A DNA stretch of 32,000 nt from an archaeon (GTDB lineage Archaea > Iainarchaeota > Iainarchaeia > Iainarchaeales > JANQMZ01), in assembly GCA_028279805.1 (NCBI GenBank), contig JANQMZ010000007.1, positions 720,001-752,000 on the forward strand. The letters are read 5' to 3'. The notes under the pieces are model-generated. The model ran no database searches, was not told where the DNA came from, and was given only the letters and a program-made list of their open reading frames with translations. Positions 18,352-27,426 of this stretch are shown piece by piece. Position 1 is the first letter of the stretch; each line of letters opens with the position of its first letter. The translations under genes and the position numbers were made by a program.

Positions 18352-18984
18352 ATGGCAAAATTTTCAGACAGGCAGAAAAAAATAGCGGTAGAATTGTTAA
18401 ACGGCAATAAAACTGTTCAGGAATTATCTCAAATTTTAAAAATTCATGAGGATGACATTAAAGATTCTTTAAATTTAATGAAAGAATTAAAACTTGTTTC
18501 AGAAAAAAATGAAAAATTTTCATTATCTGAAAAAATTGTAAAAGATTTAAAAAACAGGCAAAATTTAATGGAACAGGATCCTTTTGATATAAGAATTTCA
18601 GCAATAATTGAAATGCAGGCGGTTGAAAAAGATTTATTGCAGAAAACAGTTAATGATTTGGAAAAAGCAATAAAAAAAGAAAAAAGGTTTACAGTTTATT
18701 CAACAAATGTTGATGAAGTAAAAGAATTGGACACAGGTTATTATTCAACTTTAATTGATTTAAATCTGACATTAAAAGATTTCAGGTCATTAATTTATTT
18801 TATTTATTTTTATGGCCCAAGTTCTGTTGAAATATTAAGGCCAAATGAGCTAAAAATAAAAGCAGACGATTTACAGGAAGGATTAATGGATGCTTTGGAA
18901 ATGATTCACAAATATAACAATTATGTGAGCAAGATTCTGAGCAAGGAAGATGTTGAAAAATTAATGAAAAAAATATACAAATAA
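18352..18984 (+). CDS. Hypothetical protein with N-terminal winged-helix-like region
   Basis: MAKFSDRQKKIAVELLNGNKTVQELSQILKIHEDDIKDSLNLMKELKLVSEKNEKFSLSE looks like a wHTH domain; C-terminal domain unrecognised. ORF opens at 18292, ATG 18352 preferred. Confidence 0.65.
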   Translation: MAKFSDRQKKIAVELLNGNKTVQELSQILKIHEDDIKDSLNLMKELKLVSEKNEKFSLSEKIVKDLKNRQNLMEQDPFDIRISAIIEMQAVEKDLLQKTVNDLEKAIKKEKRFTVYSTNVDEVKELDTGYYSTLIDLNLTLKDFRSLIYFIYFYGPSSVEILRPNELKIKADDLQEGLMDALEMIHKYNNYVSKILSKEDVEKLMKKIYK

Positions 18985-19102
18985 TACGCTTTTTGCCGAT
19001 TTTACGGCATATGGCAATTGTCGAAACATTTTTCAACAAATGCATTAAAATCCCCCTTTAAAAGCGTTTTATTTAACTTTTGATTTTTGAAAAAACGATA
19101 GG

Positions 19103-19231
19103 TATTTAAAGGACATGAAGCATTTGATAGTACAATCTTGACATATTTCTGTCTTCTACAGCCAGTAGACTGGCAGAATTATTTAAGGCTTTTTTAGCCG
19201 AAAAATCAAAAAACGAGGTGAAACAAAAAAT
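19103..19231 (+). promoter_or_regulatory. Promoter plus long structured 5' leader of the S-layer gene
   Basis: TATA-like TATTTAAA 19103-19110; hairpins GCCAG-TAGA-CTGGC (19161-19174), TCTAC-AGCCA-GTAGA (19155-19169), GGCT-TTTTT-AGCC (19187-19199); SD GAGGTGA 19215-19221; ATG 19232. Confidence 0.5.
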
Positions 19232-22093
19232 ATGAAAAGACTAAACGTCAAAAAATTAGTCGCAATAGGTGCTGGTGCCGCTTTAGTCGGTGCAGCTTTG
19301 GCTCCGATTGTCTCAGCACAATCAGGCGTTGTAAAAGGCGACTTAATTTCTGACACAGGTAGTCCTTTGGTTGACGTTGTTGTAGGTGCATCTGCAGCTA
19401 ATTCTGATGTTGTTTGGGCATCCAATATTGCTTCAAGAATTGCTCAGTTAGCAACAGTTTCAACAACAACAGATGTTGACGGCGACGGATCAATTGACAT
19501 CACAGTCGGTGGAACAACCACGTATGGCGGATCAGCAAAAACTTATGATTCAAGTACATACACTTTGAAAACCGACACAGGAGAAGCAAATGAATTTGCT
19601 GACCTGAAACTAGGTGCTTCACAGCTTGATTTCCTATCTAATGGTACTGAGAGCTACACTTTTGACGGAACTTCATACGAACAAACCGTTAAAGAAAGAA
19701 TCTGGATTAACGCAGATGCCAGATTTTTGCACAGCAGCACAAAAGTTCAGGATTTAGTAGTTCAAATGAAAAATACTGGTGACTTCAACTATGAGGTTAC
19801 ATTCAGTAAAGGTTTGCCGGTTTCAGACGGACTAAACAAACCAAAAACAAACAAATTCAAAGATGACGGAAACGACAGTATTACATTTCCATTTTTGGGA
19901 GTGGACTACAGTTTGTTCAGAGCACAGGACACCGGAGGCGTTAAAGAAATCAGATTGTTGAAATCAACAGACGCTAAAAAAAGATATTTTTCCGGGGATT
20001 CACTAACAGGATTGAAAGGAACAGGAGCTCACGAAGGTGAAAACCTAAGCCTTACAATTGACAACATTGTGCAATCCACAAGCCAGTCATCATTTGAAGT
20101 TGAAATAAGTTTGTGGGACGAGGAAGGCAATTTGCTTGACTCAGAAACAGCCGGCGAGGGACAATTCCTTGAAACAATTTTGGAAGGTTCAGACGGCAAA
20201 ACAGCATTGGACACATCTCTTTTCACTGAAAAAATCAGACAGGACATTGAAACAAGTCAGGGTTATGTAACCATGACAAGAGGAGATGACCTGATTATTT
20301 TGAGAGATGGACAAGAATTTCCATATGATTCAACATCAACAGGAACAAGCAATCACAACTGGGTTGTTAACCTGACATCAGGAACATCTTCAACTCCGGA
20401 CGTTAACGCGTTCACAAAAATTACCATCAAAAACCAGAACACAAAATGGAATGTTAACAATCCGCTTTGGGCTGGTAACGATGCATTAACAGAATCAGGA
20501 ATGGAAGGTTCAAATGAAGCAGTTCTTTTACAGGACTATTCAGAAGACACAATCGGTTACGGATATGCATCTGTAGTATTCGACGGATTCAAAAATGATC
20601 AGGATTTAACCAAGTTCCAGTTAGGAAACGGCAACATGGTTTACTTTGATTCAACTGATGAAGTTGAAAGAACAGTTCCGTTTGTAATTGCTTTGGACCA
20701 CAGTGGAGACCCAAATGATGAAAGTTCATTCACATTGTTGAATCAGACTTTCTATTACAGGACAAACTCCACAGACGTCAATGTATTACTGACTCAAAAC
20801 GCAAAATTGAACGGTTTTGCAATTGACCTGAATGCCGGAGCGGTAAGTTGTGGTATTGGATTCCATGACCAAAGTACAAGTAGTGCAACTGACTTGAATG
20901 CAGGCACTGCAAGACCGGTTGCAATTGACATCAACCAGGTTCAGTACAGATTACCACATTGTACAAGCACTGGTGCAGTCGGAGGAACAACTGTGCAAAT
21001 GGTTGCAGACGGTAACTTCCAAATTGCAAAAGTGGCATTCGACACTGTTGCAGACGCAGACTACATCGGAACAGACAACAACTTCAATACTTGGTATTAT
21101 GAAGACAAAAACGGAGTTAACAGTACATACAATGGTGCTCTATTAGCACTTTCAGGAACCGGTATGGATTCAGAATCATACAAGTATGCATACTATTCAA
21201 ACGAAAGTGAAAGTGTACTTTGGTTGCTGTTAGACAAAGCAACAACATGGACAGGACAATACACATACACTCCTACATTCATAGGAACTGACACTGTTGA
21301 AGACGGAACAATTGACCTAAACTGGTTCCACCCAGACGACTTGAGACTTGGTGGAGACGAAGCTGACAACACTAAATTTGTTGCAAAATTCCAGTTGGAT
21401 GACAACGGAGGCGGAACAGCTGGTACAGAAATCTATTTGCATGCTCTACTTGAAGATGATGCAGATATCATTTCATTACCGGACAACGAACTGAGCAGAT
21501 ACACTGTTGACGCAAACTATGATGGTGGAACAAAAGCCGCAATCTGGTCAATGAGTTACAGAACTGACTCAGACAGTTTCTTTGACCAAGCATGGACTGA
21601 CTTTGGTACAAAGTACAGTGTTGCTGACGGAGAAACATTCCAAGCATGGATTCCTGACAACAGATTGAACCTGAGCTTGACTGTAAGAGGAACTGATTCA
21701 ACTGAAACAACAACAGGTGGACAGGACTTTACAGGTGTTACATCAGGAAGCACTGTTACAACTGATACTGGAACAACAGTAACAGTCGGAACAGTCGGTG
21801 GAACATCCTCAGGACAAACCGTTGTGCCAGCAGGAGACCTGGTCGTTTTAGACTCAGGTGTTTCAGCAGGCGGAAACCATGTAATTGTCGGTGGATACAT
21901 TGTCAACTCACTAGCACAAGGATTAGTGTTAGGCGATGGAACAACACTGGAAGAATCATTGACATCATCTTCAAGCGACTATGTCCTTGAAAAATTGTCA
22001 AATGGTGACTTCGTTGTTGCTGGTTACACTGCCGCACAAACAGGTTTAGCAGCACAAGAGTTCATTGATGAACTTGAAGCTTTGTTAGCCTGA
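19232..22093 (+). CDS. S-layer protein (Methanococcus-type S-layer family)
   Basis: Signal peptide MKRLNVKKLVAIGAGAALVGAALAPIVSAQ; GDLISDTGSPLVDVVVGASAANSDVVWASNIASRIAQLA; C-terminal LVVLDSGVSAGGNHVIVGGYIVNSLAQGL...DYVLEKLSNGDFVVAGYTAAQTGLAAQEFIDEL. Confidence 0.92.
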   Translation: MKRLNVKKLVAIGAGAALVGAALAPIVSAQSGVVKGDLISDTGSPLVDVVVGASAANSDVVWASNIASRIAQLATVSTTTDVDGDGSIDITVGGTTTYGGSAKTYDSSTYTLKTDTGEANEFADLKLGASQLDFLSNGTESYTFDGTSYEQTVKERIWINADARFLHSSTKVQDLVVQMKNTGDFNYEVTFSKGLPVSDGLNKPKTNKFKDDGNDSITFPFLGVDYSLFRAQDTGGVKEIRLLKSTDAKKRYFSGDSLTGLKGTGAHEGENLSLTIDNIVQSTSQSSFEVEISLWDEEGNLLDSETAGEGQFLETILEGSDGKTALDTSLFTEKIRQDIETSQGYVTMTRGDDLIILRDGQEFPYDSTSTGTSNHNWVVNLTSGTSSTPDVNAFTKITIKNQNTKWNVNNPLWAGNDALTESGMEGSNEAVLLQDYSEDTIGYGYASVVFDGFKNDQDLTKFQLGNGNMVYFDSTDEVERTVPFVIALDHSGDPNDESSFTLLNQTFYYRTNSTDVNVLLTQNAKLNGFAIDLNAGAVSCGIGFHDQSTSSATDLNAGTARPVAIDINQVQYRLPHCTSTGAVGGTTVQMVADGNFQIAKVAFDTVADADYIGTDNNFNTWYYEDKNGVNSTYNGALLALSGTGMDSESYKYAYYSNESESVLWLLLDKATTWTGQYTYTPTFIGTDTVEDGTIDLNWFHPDDLRLGGDEADNTKFVAKFQLDDNGGGTAGTEIYLHALLEDDADIISLPDNELSRYTVDANYDGGTKAAIWSMSYRTDSDSFFDQAWTDFGTKYSVADGETFQAWIPDNRLNLSLTVRGTDSTETTTGGQDFTGVTSGSTVTTDTGTTVTVGTVGGTSSGQTVVPAGDLVVLDSGVSAGGNHVIVGGYIVNSLAQGLVLGDGTTLEESLTSSSSDYVLEKLSNGDFVVAGYTAAQTGLAAQEFIDELEALLA

Positions 22094-22101
22094 ATAAAAT
22101 A

Positions 22102-22141
22102 ATAGGTCTTTGAGGCCTATCCCCTTTTTCTTTTTTTTTAT
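22102..22141 (+). terminator. Terminator-like hairpin plus T-tract after the S-layer gene
   Basis: ATAGGTC-TTTGA-GGCCTAT (one G-U pair) followed by CCCCTTTTTCTTTTTTTTTA. Confidence 0.65.
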
Positions 22142-22241
22142 TTTTCCTATTTTTTTCATGGAAAAAAATTGATTATGTATAAGAAATGCTTTGTGTTTTC
22201 CTTTTAAATCTTTTTCAGCTTTTTTAGTACAGGTGTATTTT

Positions 22242-22868
22242 TTGATTTCAAAAGAATGGATTTTGTTTATTGCCATTGCATTAACCGTTTTTCTGGGTGC
22301 TTTTTATTTTTTAAATCCTTTAAATTTTCACGATTTTGAGTTTTCTTTTCAGAAAAACGGGGTTAATTTTTTTTCAAACACTGCAGAACCTGAAAATCTT
22401 TTTACTTCTTTGTCTAACAGAAAACAGGTTTACATTTTTGCTTCAACAACTCAAAATCCAAGCCCTGACAATTCTTTAATTGCCAACAATTTTGTTATTC
22501 CTTTTTCAACTGTTGTTTCAGGAAACGATAAGGAGTTGTCAATTTTTTTAAAAGTAATGAATTCTGATAACAGCAAAATTATTGAATGTCTTGCCAAATT
22601 TCCGGAAGAAAATGAGCCAAGAACAATTCCAAGGAGCCAGTGCCTTAACTTTGCTGAATCAGAGGATTATTTTGTTACAAAAATTTTTGCAGATTTTCCT
22701 GATTCAGCTTCAAGAGGGATTGTTTTGATTGATGATAAATCAATAACAATTGAGGCAAAAGATTATAGCCAGTTAAAAATTTTTTCATTTGAAACTCTTA
22801 AAGCATTGTTTTCAAACACGGATAGTATTATTAATAATTCAAATAATCTTGTTAATCTGGTTAAATAG
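22242..22868 (+). CDS. Hypothetical protein with a single N-terminal TM segment
   Basis: EWILFIAIALTVFLGAFYFL near the start; ends in TAG. Probable TTG start at 22242 after AGGTG; ORF extends upstream to 22191. Confidence 0.6.
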   Translation: MISKEWILFIAIALTVFLGAFYFLNPLNFHDFEFSFQKNGVNFFSNTAEPENLFTSLSNRKQVYIFASTTQNPSPDNSLIANNFVIPFSTVVSGNDKELSIFLKVMNSDNSKIIECLAKFPEENEPRTIPRSQCLNFAESEDYFVTKIFADFPDSASRGIVLIDDKSITIEAKDYSQLKIFSFETLKALFSNTDSIINNSNNLVNLVK

Positions 22869-22873
22869 GTGTT

Positions 22874-23884
22874 TTGTTGTTTAAAAAAATTGATATGGCT
22901 TTTGTTTTCAAGGCATTCTTGACTCTTGTAATAGTTCTTGTATTGCTTTCTGTTCTTGCATCCCTTAACGGAGCGTCAGATGTTCTTCAGGGAACTGATT
23001 TTAAAATTCTTGCAATTGCTGCTGTTTTTTTTATAATTTCAATTATTTTATGGCTTTTTTCATGGACTTATTTGTTAAAAAAAGAACTGAAAATTTCTTC
23101 TTTTAAAATAATTTTAACAGGTTTTTCATCTGTTTTTGGTTCTCTGACTCCTGTTCAGCTTGGAGCTGATGCCATGAGAAGTTTTTTGTTAAAAGACCTG
23201 TTCAAAGTGCCTTTTACCAAATCTTTGTCTGCTTCAATGGCTGTTAAAGGCGTTAAATTTTCAATTCTTGCATTAACTTCTTCAGCTATTCTTGCTTATT
23301 TTATTTTTATCGGCAAACTCTCTCATTTTATGTTTTTTTCACTTATTTCAGGCTTTGTTGTTGTTATCGCTGCAACTTTATTGTTTTTACTGCCTTTGAA
23401 TAAAAAGGCCGGGAAAAAAATTGTTAATTTTTTTAAAACGTTGTCCAAAAGGTTTTCACGGTTGTCACGTGTTGACAATTATTTTACAAATTATTCTTCT
23501 TATTTGCAGGCACTGCCTTTGAAAACATTTTCAGTTGTTTTTCTTTTTTCTTTTTTGTCCTGGGTTTTTGAATTTTTTGCATTGTTTTTTGTTTTTGAGT
23601 CTTTGTCTATAAGCATTCCTATTATGCCTCTTTTAACTTTGTTTATTTTACTGGCTGTTCTTGAAAGAACTCCTTTCACTCCAAAAGGCCTTGGATTGGT
23701 TGAGGTTGGAGGCTTTTTGTTTTTGTCTTTTCCTATAATCGGGCAGTTTTCATTGTCTTTGGGTGAAACTGCTTCAATAATGATTGTTTTTAATATTGTG
23801 AGAATAATTGTTCCGGTGTTGATGTCAATTTTGGTTTTTCTTTTATTTGTTCCCAGAAAATTATATCAAGCCAAAAAAAGTTAG
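22874..23884 (+). CDS. Lysylphosphatidylglycerol synthetase TM/UPF0104 flippase-like membrane protein
   Basis: Polytopic; TPVQLGADAMRSFLLKDLFKVPFTKSLSASMAVKG and TPFTPKGLGLVEVGGFLFL are the family hallmarks (P-x-GxGxxE-like). Confidence 0.85.
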   Translation: MLFKKIDMAFVFKAFLTLVIVLVLLSVLASLNGASDVLQGTDFKILAIAAVFFIISIILWLFSWTYLLKKELKISSFKIILTGFSSVFGSLTPVQLGADAMRSFLLKDLFKVPFTKSLSASMAVKGVKFSILALTSSAILAYFIFIGKLSHFMFFSLISGFVVVIAATLLFLLPLNKKAGKKIVNFFKTLSKRFSRLSRVDNYFTNYSSYLQALPLKTFSVVFLFSFLSWVFEFFALFFVFESLSISIPIMPLLTLFILLAVLERTPFTPKGLGLVEVGGFLFLSFPIIGQFSLSLGETASIMIVFNIVRIIVPVLMSILVFLLFVPRKLYQAKKS

Positions 23885-24805
23885 CCAGAAAAACATGTTT
23901 ACTGCAACTATTAGTAAAATAATTGTAACAAGTGTTGTTTCTTTTTTTGCTCCTAAAATTTTTATTAAAAGTTTTGCAAAATCGTATTTTTTTTTGCCTT
24001 GTGGAAAATCTATTTTGTTTTCTTTGTTTAAATAGTAAGGCTTGCTTGTTCTCTGGCTTGCATCTTTCGGGTTTGTTAAAATTTTTAACAGAATGTCAAT
24101 AGTGTGTGGAATAAAAAAAGCCATGCTTATTATCATTAAATTTGTATTTTGTGTTAAAACAATCAAACCGGATAAACCTGCACCTATCAGCAAAGTGCCG
24201 CTGTCTCCGGGAAAAACTTTTGCAGGGTAAAAATTGAACAGTAATAATGCTAAAATTCCTCCTGTTAAAACAATTCCAGGCAAAAAATATGGCGTGCCTG
24301 CCAGCAGAAACAAAAATCCTGTTGAAACAATTAAACCTGAGCCTATTTCCCATCCGTTTAGTCCTGCAAATGTGTTCTGGAAAGAAGCAATTCCGGCAAC
24401 ATATAATGCTGCCAGCAAAACCCAGAGTATTTCCTGTTTAAAATAAATGTATGCAAAAACAAGTGAAATTATTCCTATTAAAAAAGCTCTTAAAAACCAG
24501 CTTTGTGGTTTGCCTGTAAATTTGTGTTTTGTATCATCTTTGAATCCTACGAATGAAAAAAGTGTTATCATTCCGCTCCAGATGAGATAATTAATATTAA
24601 AGGAGTTGAAATAAAAATAAAGTGAGAAAATCCAGGCTGTTAAAAGTAAGGATATTCCCACGCTTTCCGGTAAAAATATTTCTTTTTTTTTGTTTATATC
24701 AAGCCCGGTTATTTTTCTTTTTTTGTTCCATTTTCCTATAAACCAGATTGTGATAAATGTAATCAAAAATGATGCTGCCAAAAACATCAATGTTTCTGAA
24801 ATCAT
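23861..24805 (-). CDS. Glycosyltransferase family 4 / UDP-GlcNAc-1-phosphate transferase-like (MraY/WecA/Alg7 superfamily)
   Basis: Polytopic; NTFAGLNGWEIG (NxxxGLDG-like) and KVFPGDSGTLLIGA (FxGDxG) motifs, terminal FFIPHTIDILLK. Confidence 0.88.
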   Translation of the reverse strand: MISETLMFLAASFLITFITIWFIGKWNKKRKITGLDINKKKEIFLPESVGISLLLTAWIFSLYFYFNSFNINYLIWSGMITLFSFVGFKDDTKHKFTGKPQSWFLRAFLIGIISLVFAYIYFKQEILWVLLAALYVAGIASFQNTFAGLNGWEIGSGLIVSTGFLFLLAGTPYFLPGIVLTGGILALLLFNFYPAKVFPGDSGTLLIGAGLSGLIVLTQNTNLMIISMAFFIPHTIDILLKILTNPKDASQRTSKPYYLNKENKIDFPQGKKKYDFAKLLIKILGAKKETTLVTIILLIVAVNMFFWLTFFGLI

Positions 24806-24828
24806 GTTAAAATTTAATTGGAAAAGAT

Positions 24829-26085
24829 TTAAGTGTTTATTTCTTTTTGTTTTAGTATTTCTTTCACAACCGCGGTAGCATAAGCGCCTTTGTCTAATTC
24901 AAATGAAATGACACATTTTAGTTTTTTTTCAAAAAATTCATCTTCATCTATTTTTACAATTTTTAATTTTTTTGGAAATAAAACAATTTCTTTTCTGTGC
25001 CCTTTTGATGAGCATTCTGCCAGTTTTTTTAATTTAAAATCTTTAAATGAAACTTTTTCTTTTTTTAAAATTTCTTTTTCCAGTTTTCCTATTTTTCCTT
25101 TTGAAAAAGAACTTTCATAGCCGGGAAGCAAACCCACTGGAATTCCTTTTTCTTCAGGTTCTCCTTTTTGTAAACCTAATCCGATTCCTGTTTCAAATCT
25201 TTTGTTTATAATTTCATTAAAAATGTAAGACTGGTAAGCATGTGTGAATAAAAAACGCATTTTTTTGGGAATTTTTGCAAAAGCACCTGTAAAATCTTTG
25301 GGGTGAATGCTTAAATGCTGTAACATTGCTCTTTCATATTTTTGTTTTACAGGCATATCTTTTAATGCCTGTTTAAAATTTTTTGTTTTTTTCAGGTTTT
25401 TTCTTGCTTTTTTTATTTCATTTTCTTCTTTTTCATTCGGATAAGTCAGGTAAAGCATTACTGCTTTTTTGATGTTTCCCAATACCAGTTGTTTTCCAAC
25501 CAGATGCGTTATCTGCCTCATTCCTCCAAATCTTTGTTCTCCAAAATAATTCGGAATTCCTTTTTTCATTTCTTTAAAACATTTGTTAATTCTTTTTTTC
25601 AATTCTTTTTCATTCAAATCAATATCTCTTATTGTTATCGTAAAACTGTTTCCTTTTAAATCCCCTAATTCAATTCTTTTTTTTCCCCATGAACCGTTCC
25701 TCAACTCTATTCCTCTTAAATTTAATTTTTCCAGTCTTTCAATGTTTGGTTTCCATATGCTTATTCTCTGGCAGGTTATTGCTCTTTTATCTTTTAATCC
25801 GGCATAACCTATTCTTTTCTGGCTACACCCCAGAAATCTTGAAATAATTTTTAATGCAAGTGTTAAATCGGTGTTTATTTTTTCCAGGTCAAAATGCAGC
25901 TGTTCTAATTTTTCAGAATTTTCCGGAACCTGTGCAGGTTTTTTGTTTTCATTGTTTTGATTGTCAAATCTTTCAATTTTGCACTTTTCTCCGTTTTTTT
26001 TTATTTCTTCAACAATAAAATCAGAATATCTTCTTTTTATTCTGCCTTTAAAGCCTTTTGTTGTGGTTGAATAATGTGTTTTCAT
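24829..26085 (-). CDS. truD: tRNA pseudouridine(13) synthase TruD
   Basis: SDFIVEEI, GYAGLKDKRAITCQRISIW, NYFGEQRFGG, NLRG...GNSFTITIRD: all TruD motifs. Confidence 0.94.
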   Translation of the reverse strand: MKTHYSTTTKGFKGRIKRRYSDFIVEEIKKNGEKCKIERFDNQNNENKKPAQVPENSEKLEQLHFDLEKINTDLTLALKIISRFLGCSQKRIGYAGLKDKRAITCQRISIWKPNIERLEKLNLRGIELRNGSWGKKRIELGDLKGNSFTITIRDIDLNEKELKKRINKCFKEMKKGIPNYFGEQRFGGMRQITHLVGKQLVLGNIKKAVMLYLTYPNEKEENEIKKARKNLKKTKNFKQALKDMPVKQKYERAMLQHLSIHPKDFTGAFAKIPKKMRFLFTHAYQSYIFNEIINKRFETGIGLGLQKGEPEEKGIPVGLLPGYESSFSKGKIGKLEKEILKKEKVSFKDFKLKKLAECSSKGHRKEIVLFPKKLKIVKIDEDEFFEKKLKCVISFELDKGAYATAVVKEILKQKEINT

Positions 26086-26098
26086 TTTTTTCCATCAG

Positions 26099-27337
26099 TT
26101 ATTTGTATCTTAGTAAAGCACCGATTCCGCCAAAGCTTTTCAAAAACTGTTCCCCTTCCTCTGTTTCAATGCTTACAATTGTTGTTTTTGTTCCGGTGTT
26201 TTCAGCTTTTTCCATTAAATGTTCAATGTAATCAATTTCCTCAATTAATTCAGCGTTATCCGGATGCTTGTGCTGTGCTTCTTTTATTGAATCAATTATT
26301 TGTTCAAAAGTTGTTTCATTTTTTAAATTTTTATAAACAAAAACAAGTTTGTCAATTTCCTCACTTAATAAAAGGTTTTCAACCTTGCCTGATTCCAAAT
26401 CTTTTTCAACCTGTTCTTGTCCGAACGAAGCTAAACTGTTTTTTGCAATTTTTTCAAAAAATTCCTGGACAACTTTTTTTTCTTTCATTATTTCGGAATC
26501 TTTTAAAATTTCATCAGATTTGTTAACAGTTTCTCTTATGCCGGATTCATTTGTATAACTTGTATCAATTTTTCCGATTGTTTTTTCAGCAATCCTGTAA
26601 TCCATTAATTCTTCTTCTTCAAATGAATTTTTTGTAATTCCCGGTCCTGCCAATATTATTCCTTTTAATTTGTTTTCAAGAGGCAAAAATGCTGAATTCA
26701 TTTGTTCAGCTATTTCCTTAAAAAAATTATGCTTAGCTTCCTCCCTTAATCTTTCAAACCGGTGTGCGGACTGTCCTCCTGCCCGTGATTTTCCTGCAAC
26801 CCTGCTTTTAAAATTTCCAACAATTTCATATTTTTTTCCTCTTAACAATGCAATTGTCGCTTCATTTTTGTCAATTGCTAAAATTCCATATAATTCTCCG
26901 GGTTCCGCCATTTGTTCCAGTGGCTCCAAATGAAAAGTTGAATCACACCTGTACAGTTTTGTTTCCAGTGCACGAACAGGTTTTACTGTTAAAAGTTTTA
27001 TATCTGTTTTTCCTCTTGTCTCACTTACATTTCCTGAAAAAATCACAAGCCCTGTTTTTGGAATTTTAAAATCAATTTGTTTTAAAAAATTTATAATTTT
27101 TTTTAAAGCTCCTTGAACGTTTTTCCTGGTTTTCTGGTCTTTAATATTGGAACTTTGGCTCATTTCCTCTGTTAATTGTGCTGTTACTGTGCTTCTATCT
27201 GCATCCGCCGGCAAATATAAGGAGATTAACTCTGTTCCGAATCCCTTATAGTTTTCTATTTTTTTGAGTTTTTTTCTGAAAACCGTTTTTTCAGCAGCAC
27301 TTGCTTCATAGTTTAAATTTTTCATTTTTTCACCCAA
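26099..27337 (-). CDS. prf1: Archaeal peptide chain release factor aRF1
   Basis: Catalytic GGQ in GKSRAGGQSAHRFERLREE; YRCDSTFHLEPL (YxCxxxF); SSNIKDQKTRKNV at the NIKS position. Confidence 0.95.
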   Translation of the reverse strand: MGEKMKNLNYEASAAEKTVFRKKLKKIENYKGFGTELISLYLPADADRSTVTAQLTEEMSQSSNIKDQKTRKNVQGALKKIINFLKQIDFKIPKTGLVIFSGNVSETRGKTDIKLLTVKPVRALETKLYRCDSTFHLEPLEQMAEPGELYGILAIDKNEATIALLRGKKYEIVGNFKSRVAGKSRAGGQSAHRFERLREEAKHNFFKEIAEQMNSAFLPLENKLKGIILAGPGITKNSFEEEELMDYRIAEKTIGKIDTSYTNESGIRETVNKSDEILKDSEIMKEKKVVQEFFEKIAKNSLASFGQEQVEKDLESGKVENLLLSEEIDKLVFVYKNLKNETTFEQIIDSIKEAQHKHPDNAELIEEIDYIEHLMEKAENTGTKTTIVSIETEEGEQFLKSFGGIGALLRYK

Positions 27338-27426
27338 TTTTAAAGCAAAAAGCTTTAAATAATGAAAATAGCTTTACTATAAGAATAAAGCCAAGAGGGC
27401 TTAAAAAGTTATTTTTACGTGTTTCA

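Noticed and set aside
20898-21906. ORFs 20898-21146 (+), 21468-21713 (-) and 21556-21906 (-) inside the S-layer gene
   Set aside because: Thr/Gln/Ser-rich alternative frames of the S-layer ORF with no start signals or domain features.
27137-27148. NIKD in aRF1 as evidence for a reassigned stop codon
   Set aside because: TAA, TGA and TAG all act as stops of well-supported genes in this window, so reassignment is not supported.
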